This document shows, piece by piece, positions 25,503 through 36,171 of a stretch of 39,185 nucleotides of DNA. Source of the stretch: a virus (lineage: Duplodnaviria; Caudoviricetes); IMG/VR virus record IMGVR_UViG_3300020045_012859, positions 1-39,185 of that record. One strand, written 5' to 3'. The number at the start of each line of letters is the position of its first letter. Positions within the stretch are counted from its first letter, which is position 1. A program made the position numbers and the translations under genes. The notes under the pieces were generated by a model. That model saw only the letters and a program-made list of their open reading frames with translations. It searched no databases and was not told where the DNA came from.

Positions 25503-26588
25503 TTAGATTCCTAAAACGAATGAATTTGTAGGAACTCCAACACCGAATAGAGAAGAACCTTTGATAATAATCTCGTCTTCAATTTCGTCAAAGATTACTT
25601 TGAAACTTTTAAAAGTTTCTTCCATCTCGTAACCTAACATCATATTCTCTTTACGAGATAAGATAATTCGGTTTTTGTCAACATACAATCCTGTTAAAGA
25701 ATCATAGTAGTCTGCTCCTGAAGCTTTCATAGCTGCTAAGAAAGGCATAGGCTCAACTGGAATACCAAACACAGATAAGTTATCCGCTGTGTAAACTCTA
25801 GCTGAAGTTACTTTTTCAGGGTCAATACAGTCGCAAGAAATTCCTTTCAAGTCTGACTGTCTATTTAACCAACCTACTAAAGCGTTAACCAATCCACGGT
25901 CCATTCTCCAAACCATTTTCTCTACTAAGAACCAAGGTTGCACTGCTGCTTTATCATACATAGCCGCTAAGTAATTGTAAACTACTTCACCATCAGTGAT
26001 AGTTTGAGCGCCAACCGTAACACCACCATTTTGTGTAATAGCTACTGTATTATCAGCTGTTGCTAAAGCTTGCATTTGTACAAAGAACCCATCCATTCCG
26101 TTTACTAAAGTACTGTCTGCACTTGTGTCTCCAAAATAAGCTACACGAATTTCTGCTTTTTTGTGTTTAGCTTGGAAGCGTTCGATAATGAATTGGACTA
26201 AAGCCGTTTCAATATCGTCTTCGTTCATTTTCTTCCAAGTGTTGAAGAATACTAAGAAGTCATTTGCGAAATTCTCCATACAGATTGTAACTTTACAACC
26301 GATTTTTTGAATATCCCAAGTAAATTCTGAGAAGTTATCGTCAATAGAACACTCTGGCAATTGACAGTTTCCTTCTGTAAAAGGGAAAGAACCGTAATCG
26401 TCGTTGTCTTCTAAAATAGGAACTTTAGAACCAGCTCTTACTTGCGAGAAGAAAGGGTGTGTATCTTGTAAGTTCTTTTCTTGGAACGTCTCAATAAAAA
26501 TTAAGTTTGCTACGTTCATTTTTTCAGCTGCTGTTAACCCAGTTAACGCGGCTAATAAGGCTGTAAGGTCTGCTGCTGTATACGCCAT
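25503..26588 (-). CDS. Major capsid protein
   Basis: 361 aa after the protease/scaffold gene. AYFGDT...NGMDGF motif fits the HK97-fold G(D/N)G..GI region. Confidence 0.8.
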   Translation of the reverse strand: MAYTAADLTALLAALTGLTAAEKMNVANLIFIETFQEKNLQDTHPFFSQVRAGSKVPILEDNDDYGSFPFTEGNCQLPECSIDDNFSEFTWDIQKIGCKVTICMENFANDFLVFFNTWKKMNEDDIETALVQFIIERFQAKHKKAEIRVAYFGDTSADSTLVNGMDGFFVQMQALATADNTVAITQNGGVTVGAQTITDGEVVYNYLAAMYDKAAVQPWFLVEKMVWRMDRGLVNALVGWLNRQSDLKGISCDCIDPEKVTSARVYTADNLSVFGIPVEPMPFLAAMKASGADYYDSLTGLYVDKNRIILSRKENMMLGYEMEETFKSFKVIFDEIEDEIIIKGSSLFGVGVPTNSFVLGI

Positions 26589-26591
26589 GTC

Positions 26592-27659
26592 TTATTGTTT
26601 TTTACGGTTAGATAATTTTTCTAACGACTTACCAAAAGATGGTTTATCATCAGTGTTACCTTTACCAGGGTTATGTTCTGGTTCGCCTTTGAATTTTGCT
26701 TTCAAAGACTCGAACTTAGCAATAGTTTCCTTTTGCTCTTTGTTTTTAGCTTGTAAAGTTTTAATCTTATTTTGAGCTACCGCTAATAAGTTAAGAACTT
26801 CTTCAGCGTCTTCAGCAGATAAACCTTCTTCTTCCTCTTCTACAGGAATAATCTCAGTTAATTCTTCGCCGTCAAATACAAACACTTCCCCAGAAGCCAT
26901 TGTAATTTTACCGTCTGCGTCTCCTGCTTCAGCTGCTGGTTTACCATCAACTTTGGCTTTGTCGCCTACTTTGATAGTGTCATCATCTTCAAGCTCGTAA
27001 AAATCAACTTCGCGATTCTCCGCGTCGAACTCGATTTTATTGCTAATACCTACAAGCTTGTTGAAGCGTTGCAATAGCGATAGTTTTTTGTTTGTTGGTT
27101 TTGCCATCTTATTGGTTTTTAAAATTGAATTCAAGGGTTTAACTACAGCTTCAATCTCATGTGCAAAGCGAAGCTTCAAACACTCGTCTGCAGATATAAA
27201 AGTATCTTCTGCCATTAAAAGTAAAGCTTGTTCTTCTGTTAAGTCTGTATGAGCTGCATAGTGTTTAGCAATCATTTTATTCACTTTACCAAGTTCGTCC
27301 GCCATTTTCTGAACAGCTTTATTGTCGCCTTCAGTATAGCACCAAGCATTGTGAACAAATGGCTCTGTGTACTCATTCATAATTCGGTGGTCACCAGCTA
27401 AGAATATAACTGTTGCAATTGATGCACACATTCCTTCTGCTAGAGTAGTTACTTTAGCTTTGAAGTCTGCTGCATATCGTCTAAGCTCGTTATAGATTGC
27501 TAGACCTTCTGCGACATCACCACCAATACAATTAATACGTACACGTATATCTTCACCTTTAGCTTCTTTAAGTTGTGCTTGTACACTTCTTAAAGTCACA
27601 TAGCCGTCACCTGAAACAAATGAAGGAACTACTTCGCCATAAATATAAATGTCTTTCAT
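26592..27659 (-). CDS. ClpP-type (S14) prohead protease with C-terminal scaffold region
   Basis: IYIYGEV, RINCIGGDV, G.CASIAT, HNAW, DTFISADE, followed by an acidic/coiled-coil tail. Start placed at ATG 27659. Confidence 0.9.
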   Translation of the reverse strand: MKDIYIYGEVVPSFVSGDGYVTLRSVQAQLKEAKGEDIRVRINCIGGDVAEGLAIYNELRRYAADFKAKVTTLAEGMCASIATVIFLAGDHRIMNEYTEPFVHNAWCYTEGDNKAVQKMADELGKVNKMIAKHYAAHTDLTEEQALLLMAEDTFISADECLKLRFAHEIEAVVKPLNSILKTNKMAKPTNKKLSLLQRFNKLVGISNKIEFDAENREVDFYELEDDDTIKVGDKAKVDGKPAAEAGDADGKITMASGEVFVFDGEELTEIIPVEEEEEGLSAEDAEEVLNLLAVAQNKIKTLQAKNKEQKETIAKFESLKAKFKGEPEHNPGKGNTDDKPSFGKSLEKLSNRKKQ

Positions 27660-27683
27660 GTTACTTGTTTTACTTTTAATACT

Positions 27684-27733
27684 GTAAATGTAAAACAATA
27701 ACTCTTTGAGCATTAGAAGAGTTTTCTTCTAAT
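27684..27733 (-). promoter_or_regulatory. Putative late promoter with an upstream palindromic site
   Basis: TACATTTAC (-7-like, 27684-27692) and the perfect inverted repeat ATTAGAAGA-GTTT-TCTTCTAAT (27712-27733). Confidence 0.5.
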
Positions 27734-27967
27734 TTATTTTATAATCTTGCTCATAGTTTTTAAAGCTGTTTGAATTGTCTTTTCACTTACGTTGAAGTGT
27801 TCAGAAGAAATAGAGTAACGCTGCATTTTAGGTAGGTCAACAGCTAAGCTATTGTAAAATAAATACATTTCATATTTAAGAATTAAAGTAGTAGATATTT
27901 CACCTACTTTAAAAAGAGATTCTATTAAATTTTTGTTGTCTTTTATAAATTCACCCAGTGCTTGCAT
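27734..27967 (-). CDS. Small HTH protein, possible late transcription regulator
   Basis: C-terminal SEHFNVSEKTIQTAL resembles a recognition helix. Start placed at ATG 27967. Confidence 0.55.
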   Translation of the reverse strand: MQALGEFIKDNKNLIESLFKVGEISTTLILKYEMYLFYNSLAVDLPKMQRYSISSEHFNVSEKTIQTALKTMSKIIK

Positions 27968-28227
27968 ATAATTTCGTTTTGTCTTGTTTTTAGAGGTAGT
28001 GCACAACCACAGTCGTTACACATCATGTTGTGTAGTATTGTTATGCGTGTATCAGGTACTCTTAAGAATGGAATAGGTTCTAATATAAACATGGGACACA
28101 CGGAGCAAATTGAAGCTCTCTGTTGAGCCAAAGCTTCTATCTCTGGTATATTAATAGTATAATGGTTTAAGCCCTCAGAAATAGGACTTAAACCATCTTT
28201 TAATATTGTCTTTACTTTTTTTAACAT
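27943..28227 (-). CDS. Cys-rich Zn-binding protein
   Basis: RASICSVCP...CNDCGC...KTR....C..W. Confidence 0.65.
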   Translation of the reverse strand: MLKKVKTILKDGLSPISEGLNHYTINIPEIEALAQQRASICSVCPMFILEPIPFLRVPDTRITILHNMMCNDCGCALPLKTRQNEIICKHWVNL

Positions 28228-31121
28228 TAGAATGACGCTTGTACTTGTAAACTTCTATCGTCGCTTAAACCTCTTAAGCCTTTACTAGAACCAGAGTTGC
28301 TACCTTGCTCAGCACCGAGTCTTGCACCATTTTCAACAGCAGTTGCAAGAGACTCAAAATTAATAGCATTGCCTAAAGTAGACATTAAGCCTACACTAGA
28401 AGTTTGACCAAAAGAACTAGAAGCACTTAAAACACCACCAGTTGCAAACCCTGGAACTCCTGCCAAAGATAAAACATTATCTCCTATAAAGCTTCGCTGC
28501 TCTGTGGTTAATATTACTTCACCTGTTTTTGCAGTTATCAATCTATCATCACCATTAGAGCGTTTAATAGCAAAACCACCTTTAACTTCTCCCCCTGTAG
28601 CAAGACCTTGTATAGGTCCGCCACCACCTCCACCTGGTGTTTTAGTAGACACAATCTTTTTAACATTAGCAATACCAGATACAACTGCTGCTGCTGCAGC
28701 CACACCTCCTAATGCTGGACCATACACAGGTATTCCTGCTAAAGATTTATAGGCCGCTGTAGCAGATTGATATGTATCAATAGTAGTTTGTGCAATAGCA
28801 AACGCTTTACCTGCAGCAGATTCTTTACCTGCTATAGTTGCTAAGTTTCCAAATGTTGTTGCTGCAACACTTAACTTATATTCTGCTTTTAAGTCGTCAA
28901 TCTGTGCAGCTTGCTTAGCATACGCCTTATCTAAATTTAATAAAGCTTTCTGGTAATTCTCTTCAGTTATAAGTCCTTTAGCTAAGCGCTCATCAATCTT
29001 AACTTGGTCTAATATACGCTGCTCGTCTAATATTTCTTGTTGCGCTTCAAAGCGACCCCACTCATCTTCATTAAGTTCTAGTAGTCTAGCTTCACTGTCA
29101 ATGGCTCTACGTTCTAAGCGGTCTTCTTCTTTGATAGCTATAAAACTATCTTCTAACTCTTTTTGCTGAGTAAAGTATGCCTCGTCTAAAGCAAGCATCT
29201 CTTCATTAAACTGGGCCTTGTTTATAATACCTTGGTCTAACTTAAGCTGGGCTACTTCCTGCTCTCTAGTTACTTCATTATATAGTCTTGTAGATTCTTG
29301 TTCAAATAAAGAATCGTTAAGTCTTTGATTTTCTAAATACTTCTCATCGTTTAAACGTTTAAAGGCTTCAAGTTCAAGCTCTGCATTTTGTACTGTTAAC
29401 TCTGCAGTCTTTCTACCTAAATCATTTTGAAGCGCTAGAATTTCAGTATTGTATTTTGTACGTGTTATTTTACCAAAGTCTAATTCTTTTTGAAGAATCG
29501 CTTTTCGTTTTTCAAAATATTTTCTTTCAGTATTAAGCTGCTCTTCTAAAGTCTTTTCTCTAAACCCTTGTTGCTGTATAAACAAATCAAGTTCTTCATT
29601 CATAGACCTAAGCATTGCCTCCTGGCGCTTCTTCATTAACTCTAAAGCTTTTTCATGAGCTTCTTTCTGTAAAGCATTCCTATTAGCTAACTGCTCAGAC
29701 TCTTGACCTGTAACGCGTTCCTGAATATCTGCAATCTCGGTAAGAGCTGCTGCTTGTGCGTCCAGCGTTTCTTTAGTAGCTCCTTCTGCTTTTATTCTAA
29801 GGTTAGCTACTACTAAAGCTTGTTTAGCTATTGCAAGCTCTTCAGCTAATTGTAGCTTTAATACTTTACCTAAATCTTCATTGGCTTTAATTCTCTCAGG
29901 CATAGACTTAGTCTCATCATCTCGAAGTTGTCTAAGCTTCTCAGCGTCTTTCTGGAACTCTAATTGTGTTAGCCTAGCTCTTCGCTGTGCTGCTTCTAAA
30001 GAAGCTTCTGCTCTAGCTAAGTTCTGAGCATTGACAACGCCTTCTTTTACTTCAGCTGTAAAGCCTCTCATATCTTCAGCAGCTTGGTCAAGGCCTATAA
30101 ATTCTAAACCGTCAGCTATCAAAGCCATAGCTTTTTCAGCAGCTTCTCCAGCTAATTCAAAACCTGCTACTATACCATCAATAAGAAATTCTCCAAGAGG
30201 TTCTAAAAACTTTAAGACTGTATTTATAATTCCAGAGAAAGCCGCAAAAGCTACTTTCAATTTGTTAGTAGCTGCCTCACTTCTATTCATAGCATTTTGA
30301 ATAAGTAAGAAGGCTCCAACTAATACAGCAAGGATTGCTCCAATAGGTGTAGCTATAAAAGCTAAAGAGGCTTTCACCATTCCTAACATTCCAGTAGCTG
30401 CTCCTTTAAGAGAAGTTCCTAATAAATTACCTACACCGCCTGCTTCTTGTGAACGTTGAATAAAACCACCTAAGCCACCATTCATTAAGTTAAGAGGTTC
30501 TAACGCTGCTGTAATACTGTCTGTATAGTTTCCAACGTTTAAAGCTTGTTGCTCTGTTTCGGAACCGTTGTCTTTTCTAAATTGTGTATTCTCATCAATC
30601 TTAGCGTTAAGCTTTTCAAGTAAAGCTGCTTCTTCTTCAATAAGAGGATTTAATTGGTCTGCTAATTTTATAGCTTCCAATGTACTTTGCTTTGCTTCTT
30701 GCTTATTAGTTACTTCACGCGATAACGCTTTGGATATTGCCTCACTCATTGAAAGACGCTGCCCGTCAGAAGTTATAAGTGTACGCTGAACTTTGATAAG
30801 TTCTTGATATTCTTTTCTAGCTACACCTGCTTCTATATTTAAATTCTGTTGCGCTTTGAAATTTTCTTTTTGCTGTTCTTCTAATTTTTCTAAAGCCTTA
30901 GTATTTTCTTTATAGGCGTCGGACTCTTGGGCACCTACAGAAATTAAAGCTTCTTGAGCGTCGCTTAAAGCTTTCATAGACTTTCTTGTAGTGTCTTGTT
31001 CGTCTTTGTATTTCTTTTGAGATTTTTGAATCTCAAATAAGCGGTCTTGAAGAGCACTTAGATTCTTTTCTATTTTCGAGGTATCAAACTCGAACGTCGC
31101 TAAATTAATTACATCGCTCAT
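28227..31121 (-). CDS. Tape measure protein
   Basis: 964 aa, Ala/Glu/Leu coiled coil, NVGNY motif, hydrophobic PIGAIL segment, C-terminal ATGG repeats. Confidence 0.88.
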   Translation of the reverse strand: MSDVINLATFEFDTSKIEKNLSALQDRLFEIQKSQKKYKDEQDTTRKSMKALSDAQEALISVGAQESDAYKENTKALEKLEEQQKENFKAQQNLNIEAGVARKEYQELIKVQRTLITSDGQRLSMSEAISKALSREVTNKQEAKQSTLEAIKLADQLNPLIEEEAALLEKLNAKIDENTQFRKDNGSETEQQALNVGNYTDSITAALEPLNLMNGGLGGFIQRSQEAGGVGNLLGTSLKGAATGMLGMVKASLAFIATPIGAILAVLVGAFLLIQNAMNRSEAATNKLKVAFAAFSGIINTVLKFLEPLGEFLIDGIVAGFELAGEAAEKAMALIADGLEFIGLDQAAEDMRGFTAEVKEGVVNAQNLARAEASLEAAQRRARLTQLEFQKDAEKLRQLRDDETKSMPERIKANEDLGKVLKLQLAEELAIAKQALVVANLRIKAEGATKETLDAQAAALTEIADIQERVTGQESEQLANRNALQKEAHEKALELMKKRQEAMLRSMNEELDLFIQQQGFREKTLEEQLNTERKYFEKRKAILQKELDFGKITRTKYNTEILALQNDLGRKTAELTVQNAELELEAFKRLNDEKYLENQRLNDSLFEQESTRLYNEVTREQEVAQLKLDQGIINKAQFNEEMLALDEAYFTQQKELEDSFIAIKEEDRLERRAIDSEARLLELNEDEWGRFEAQQEILDEQRILDQVKIDERLAKGLITEENYQKALLNLDKAYAKQAAQIDDLKAEYKLSVAATTFGNLATIAGKESAAGKAFAIAQTTIDTYQSATAAYKSLAGIPVYGPALGGVAAAAAVVSGIANVKKIVSTKTPGGGGGGPIQGLATGGEVKGGFAIKRSNGDDRLITAKTGEVILTTEQRSFIGDNVLSLAGVPGFATGGVLSASSSFGQTSSVGLMSTLGNAINFESLATAVENGARLGAEQGSNSGSSKGLRGLSDDRSLQVQASF

Positions 31122-33115
31122 AATAGTACTCTTATAAATTCACCTTTACTTACTTTTTTACCCACCCACCCTAAACGGTTCAAGATATAATACTGTGCTT
31201 CTTGCTCAAAGTAAAATACCTTACCTAGTGAGATATTTATAATATCAAACAAAGATAGGTTTAATTCTATGTCGTGCTTTCTAAAAACGTCTAACATTTC
31301 TTTATGCTTTACATAATACTTAGGCACTAAAGAATTGAAGTGGACATCTGAAACTTTAGCGATACTAAATTGATTTGTGGTAGCAGTCTCACTTAGCAAC
31401 TCAGAAGTAAACACGATTGTATCTGAAACAGGTTTAGCTTTAGAAAAATAAAATCTATTGCTAAGCGTCTTATATGTCGTAGACGCTACGCCGCCACTTT
31501 CCTTTGTTTCAGCTTGCCAAACAGGTAAACCTGGTATAAGGTAATCTGTCATATTTATTGTTACTGAACTAGGGTTTTGTGTAGCTGAATATATTTTAGA
31601 CTGTATTACTGTTCCCTCAGCGTCAATGTTAGCATTGTTAATATTGAAAGACCCATTATTATAAAATTCATTCTCTACATTATATCTGTGTGTAAACTTA
31701 TTAAGTTGCTTAAATGTTGGAATGTTATAAGTCTCATTAGTACGTTCTACGTATTTGTCAGACCAGTTCACTACATTACTTCTTAATAACTTCTCGTTAA
31801 AAGTTTGAAGGTAAACAGTTTTAGCTACATTGTCTGCAATAGGAGCTATTCCATAGCGCCACAAAAATTCTTTGAAAAATTCAGTCAAACTATAATCTTT
31901 AAGTGCGTCGCTAAAATCAACTTCACCTAAATCTGTTTTACTTATCTTCATTTCAGTTTTGTCGTGATAAAACTTATATCTAGCATAGGTTCTAGTGAAT
32001 GTAGTAAAGTATCTAAGTTCTACTACATCGTCCTGATTCAAAGGTCTATACGCTACTAAAACATTTTCAGAGTTATCTGCTAGTGAACTGAATACACCTG
32101 ATGATGTTCCATTAATTAAAAGCTCTACGCTAAAAGAACCATAATATTCTTGCCCTATTAAAGCCCCGCTACCACCACTAAATCCGTAGGCCTTTAGCGC
32201 TCGCACTCTACCTTTCAATTTCATATCGATTCTGTAGGTCCCGTCTTCAGCTACATAGTATTTCCAGTTTTGGTAGAGTGTACCCTGAGTAGTTGTACTA
32301 GTATCAAACGAATTATGACTTGGTAAGTCTTGTCTTCCTATTGGTATATCGTTGTTTATAGATACAAACTCTAAAGACGTACCTGCTAGGTGCACAGTTG
32401 TAGAGTAGTCTATTTTTGTTTCTAAGTAAGACCCTACATTTCCTATAAAATGCTCTGTAGCAATCTCAGCGCCTACTTCTTTAGGCGCTTTAGGATAGGT
32501 TAACCATAAATCTTTAACGTCTTCGTCAAGTAAAATAGGTCCAATAAACTTGTAGCCTGTAAGTTCTTCAATTTTATTAAGCAAATATGTTACTCTGATA
32601 CTAGGCGTTAAGTAATCTATGTTTATATCTCCTCCAGCTGTTAACACTTTACCTCCATAATCAGCAACCAAGTATCTATACAACTCATTAACTTGTGAAT
32701 CCTTGACTGCTTCAGCTGTTTTCTCGTGTTCAATCTCAGTAAGATTCAAGTGAACACCCATTGTCTTGTTCTCAATCGCTTTAAAGAAGTCAATGATTCC
32801 ATCAATAACAGATATTTTGTAGCTGTCAGAAGTTTCTTTAACTACAAGCCAACCATCAGTTATGACATCAGCGCCATAATACTTAACTCTGACTGAAATT
32901 TTTTCGTAAGGAACTCTAGACGTATCACCTATTAAACCAAGACCTCTAAAAATACCAGTGTTGTTTGCTGTCTTTGGCGCGTCAACAGCGTCCATATAAG
33001 AAGCATTCACGTTAGACAGATTGAAAATGTCTGCCACCTGGAAATTTAACTTAACACCCTCTTCGTCATTTTGGTCCAGGTCTAGTTGTTGGTTATTTAC
33101 ATAAAATTCTACCAT
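31118..33115 (-). CDS. Tail tip / hub protein
   Basis: 665 aa beside the tape measure gene, with LDL...NFQV.DI...P.T.NN..IF N-terminus and DWSDK-like motif (NWSDK). Confidence 0.6.
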   Translation of the reverse strand: MVEFYVNNQQLDLDQNDEEGVKLNFQVADIFNLSNVNASYMDAVDAPKTANNTGIFRGLGLIGDTSRVPYEKISVRVKYYGADVITDGWLVVKETSDSYKISVIDGIIDFFKAIENKTMGVHLNLTEIEHEKTAEAVKDSQVNELYRYLVADYGGKVLTAGGDINIDYLTPSIRVTYLLNKIEELTGYKFIGPILLDEDVKDLWLTYPKAPKEVGAEIATEHFIGNVGSYLETKIDYSTTVHLAGTSLEFVSINNDIPIGRQDLPSHNSFDTSTTTQGTLYQNWKYYVAEDGTYRIDMKLKGRVRALKAYGFSGGSGALIGQEYYGSFSVELLINGTSSGVFSSLADNSENVLVAYRPLNQDDVVELRYFTTFTRTYARYKFYHDKTEMKISKTDLGEVDFSDALKDYSLTEFFKEFLWRYGIAPIADNVAKTVYLQTFNEKLLRSNVVNWSDKYVERTNETYNIPTFKQLNKFTHRYNVENEFYNNGSFNINNANIDAEGTVIQSKIYSATQNPSSVTINMTDYLIPGLPVWQAETKESGGVASTTYKTLSNRFYFSKAKPVSDTIVFTSELLSETATTNQFSIAKVSDVHFNSLVPKYYVKHKEMLDVFRKHDIELNLSLFDIINISLGKVFYFEQEAQYYILNRLGWVGKKVSKGEFIRVLL

Positions 33116-34482
33116 AGCGTACTTGGGTTGAAGTTGGTAACTCTATCAAATTTAAAAGATACATCATACACTCTCTTACCACTAGCAAACGGTACTTTAT
33201 TACTTTTTGAAATTATACGCTCCCATGTGTTTCCACCTGTGTATATATAAATCTCTGGACTAACTGCTAAATCCTGCATCAGCTTTAAATACTTAGCGGG
33301 TACCTTAGTAGTTATTTCAGAGTTGATGTCTTCAGAGTTTCCAAAGTCTGTGACTTCTCCAAATGTATTAGCATAGCCTAGACTTCTAGAGTCGTTAGAA
33401 CCTTTGCTATTTGGAAACAACCAATTTGAGTAACCGCCCATTTGGTTCAAGAACTTCACATAGAAATTCTCGCAGCCAGAAAAGTGTCTAAACTCTTTAT
33501 TTGCTATGAGCGATAAGTTATTATATTTCTCTATTTTGTAATCACTATTTAAAACATATTCCGCAGTAGGATAACCGGACCACACAGGAAGCTCCAGTTG
33601 AGTCCTAAGCTTCGAGTTAATAGGAATAGTTAAATTGTTTTTATTTGTTCGTTCTCCGGCTCGTATGAAGTTCTTTATTAAAATCACTTCGTCGTAAGCT
33701 ATAAGCGTGCTATTAGTAGGATAATAATATCTTCTAAGCAGCATCTCAACTCTTATATAATTTGAGTTGACCTCAAACGGTGTTAGGTTCGTGTAGTCGT
33801 GTGAAGCATTAGGCTTTGGCATAAGCCACTTAACCATAGGCGATAGGTTAAATTTAACGTTTGAGCCTGCAACTGTGTAACCTATTATGTCGCCAGTAGA
33901 TTGCAACGTGCTAGTGTTTACCATTGATAAAGTTGCCTTGACAGTAGTACCATTTGTATTACTTGGAATCTCTACATAAATATCGTTATTGATTTTTAAA
34001 CCATCACCTGAGAATCCAATAGGTGTAAAGGTACCAACAGGATTTGTCCCAACAGGTGGTCCAGTGCTCACAGTCTCGATAGACATGTTCGCTTGGTGAA
34101 AGTTTCCTTCTATAACACAAGCAAATGCTCCTGTAAATAATACGTCCGAAGGGTCATAAGTAGTAGGCCCAAACATACAGGCATCACCATCAATAAGGTC
34201 TGAACCATAATAGACATACAGAATATTAGTGTCACGCTCAGTAGTTATAAGAGCGTCTAGTCCAGCAAGTGTTATTTGAGCGTCTATGTAGTCTTTTATA
34301 TTTTGAACTGTCTGCGTTATAGTAACACCTTTCTGTACGTCTGTTCCGCTTACAGGTGTATCTTTAACCGTGTAAGGTGGATAAAATAAAGAAGAGCCTA
34401 CTAACTGAATCCAAAATTGATGGAAAAAATTAATAGACCAGTCGTTGCTCGTGTATTCTATTTTAATTCTTTTGATACTCAT
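33109..34482 (-). CDS. Minor tail (distal tail-like) protein
   Basis: C-terminal FLNQMGGYSNWLF...L..SP.IY motif, located in the tail cluster. Confidence 0.55.
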   Translation of the reverse strand: MSIKRIKIEYTSNDWSINFFHQFWIQLVGSSLFYPPYTVKDTPVSGTDVQKGVTITQTVQNIKDYIDAQITLAGLDALITTERDTNILYVYYGSDLIDGDACMFGPTTYDPSDVLFTGAFACVIEGNFHQANMSIETVSTGPPVGTNPVGTFTPIGFSGDGLKINNDIYVEIPSNTNGTTVKATLSMVNTSTLQSTGDIIGYTVAGSNVKFNLSPMVKWLMPKPNASHDYTNLTPFEVNSNYIRVEMLLRRYYYPTNSTLIAYDEVILIKNFIRAGERTNKNNLTIPINSKLRTQLELPVWSGYPTAEYVLNSDYKIEKYNNLSLIANKEFRHFSGCENFYVKFLNQMGGYSNWLFPNSKGSNDSRSLGYANTFGEVTDFGNSEDINSEITTKVPAKYLKLMQDLAVSPEIYIYTGGNTWERIISKSNKVPFASGKRVYDVSFKFDRVTNFNPSTLW

Positions 34483-34958
34483 TAGAATAGCGTATTTATA
34501 GTTCTGCTTATTTCAAGCTGTATTTGTTCAACCATGTGCCTTGATAATTCTCTATCTATAAAAGACCTAACCTCAGGAGACTGCAACACTTCTAAAAGGT
34601 CTGACCCGCCTTTAGCTTTCCAGGTGGTCCCTTTCTTAGCGATATTGTAAGCAATCGCTATTGGGTCTGCTGTTATTCCTTTTGACTTTGCCCAGTCAGC
34701 AATTACTGTCGTTCCATAATAGTAAGCCCAGGCTCTTAATTTCTTAGGGTCCTGGTCTTCGTTTGGGGGTCTACCTTCAACTAGATACTTGGTGTAGTCC
34801 ATACCTGTAATGTGACCAACGTTGTTAGCTGCGTCTGTTCCTAGTGTTGCTACCCATCGACCTGAAGCATTCATATTAAGCTCATAGAACTTAGGTATTA
34901 AATACTTCTCTGTGACTTGGTCAAGAACTTCCTTTATTCTTTCGTTTGATAATTCCAT
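34482..34958 (-). CDS. Probable neck/tail completion protein
   Basis: ASG...Y..EGRPP...WAK.KGI...IA..IAKKGT pattern. Confidence 0.5.
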   Translation of the reverse strand: MELSNERIKEVLDQVTEKYLIPKFYELNMNASGRWVATLGTDAANNVGHITGMDYTKYLVEGRPPNEDQDPKKLRAWAYYYGTTVIADWAKSKGITADPIAIAYNIAKKGTTWKAKGGSDLLEVLQSPEVRSFIDRELSRHMVEQIQLEISRTINTLF

Positions 34959-35127
34959 TTAAAACTAGTTTAGTATAAATAACTACAGGTATATAGACTG
35001 CTGCTATTATAACTATAGGCGTCAAAGTAAGCCATGCAAAAGGGGCCCAGCTTTTAAACCACCCATAAACAAAGGCTACAGGTATAGCTAAAAAATATAA
35101 CTGCCAAAATAATTTCTTCTTATTCAT
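34921..35127 (-). CDS. Small two-TM membrane protein
   Basis: Two hydrophobic helices with basic ends, coupled to both neighbours. Confidence 0.55.
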   Translation of the reverse strand: MNKKKLFWQLYFLAIPVAFVYGWFKSWAPFAWLTLTPIVIIAAVYIPVVIYTKLVLNGIIKRKNKGSS

Positions 35128-35623
35128 TTCGTGTACGAATTACTGCATTAATTAACCACCCATCATAGTTGTCGTCTTGGTAGTTTCTTACTAGACTCAT
35201 TTCCCATTTAGCAATCTCAACGTTGAAGCCTAGCATTTCGCATAATGCCAAGGCTTCAGAATCGTTAAGACAATCAAAGAGGGGTTTGTATATTGTAGCC
35301 CACTTAGACGTATCTAAGCTGTGACCTTTTATTTCGTTGTAATTATTAGTACCTAAGCCTTCAGAACTAGTTTTCTTTAAGACATACAAACTAAAAGAAT
35401 AATCTCGCATTGTAGCTGTCATAAGTCCAGTACTACCGTTATAAGTGTTTTGACCTATATATCTAAAATTTGTAAGCATAAGCTGCGTGCAGCAAGGCTC
35501 TTCTGTTTGAACCACATTAATAGCGCTCTCAAATAAAGGCGCTGAGAACTCCCAACACATATCGCATTTCTCGATATTGTTAAAGTTTGCAGTTATGTCT
35601 TCAAATAGCTTTACAATGTCCAT
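35120..35623 (-). CDS. Probable tail terminator-like structural protein
   Basis: 167 aa in the morphogenesis cluster, C-terminal DDNYDGW. Assignment mostly positional. Confidence 0.45.
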   Translation of the reverse strand: MDIVKLFEDITANFNNIEKCDMCWEFSAPLFESAINVVQTEEPCCTQLMLTNFRYIGQNTYNGSTGLMTATMRDYSFSLYVLKKTSSEGLGTNNYNEIKGHSLDTSKWATIYKPLFDCLNDSEALALCEMLGFNVEIAKWEMSLVRNYQDDNYDGWLINAVIRTRNE

Positions 35624-35625
35624 AG

Positions 35626-36171
35626 TTATCTTTTAGGCTTTGGTCGCTTAGCTTCCATTATTTCTTTATATCTTTTTTCAACTTTGCTTTCAATTAGCGA
35701 CTTTCTCATTTTGTCAAACACATCATGATAAGGAATCTTTTTAATGTCTTCCCATTTGGTAATGTCTCCACCTGCTAAAGAGTCTAGCGCATTGACTTCG
35801 CCGAATTGCTGTAATTCCTCAACACCTGCATTCTGTAAATCTGCGTTAGGTTCAGGTGTCAAGTACGTAGCCTCTAATTCTTGAATCCGTGTAAGCTCTG
35901 CTAGCACCCAAACTATAACGCCGATTATATCATGAACCTCTGCCCCCAAAGCATCTAACTCAGAACCTTCTTTCTTTAAAAGAGTGCTGACTAGCTGAGT
36001 TAATTGACCTTCTTTGATTAAATTAGGAATAGTCGTTTTGACATACCACCATTCGTAGTATATCAAACTTTTAAATGATACCTCAAATATAGAACTTTTT
36101 TCTTTAGAATTATCAAAAACTAGTTTTATTTCTTCAGGGGTCAATGTGCTTAACTTAATTTCTGTCTTCAT
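35626..36171 (-). CDS. Probable tail assembly chaperone
   Basis: LDSLAGGDITKWEDI...Y..VF helical C-terminus. Start placed at ATG 36171 because the longer call overlaps terL. Confidence 0.5.
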   Translation of the reverse strand: MKTEIKLSTLTPEEIKLVFDNSKEKSSIFEVSFKSLIYYEWWYVKTTIPNLIKEGQLTQLVSTLLKKEGSELDALGAEVHDIIGVIVWVLAELTRIQELEATYLTPEPNADLQNAGVEELQQFGEVNALDSLAGGDITKWEDIKKIPYHDVFDKMRKSLIESKVEKRYKEIMEAKRPKPKR

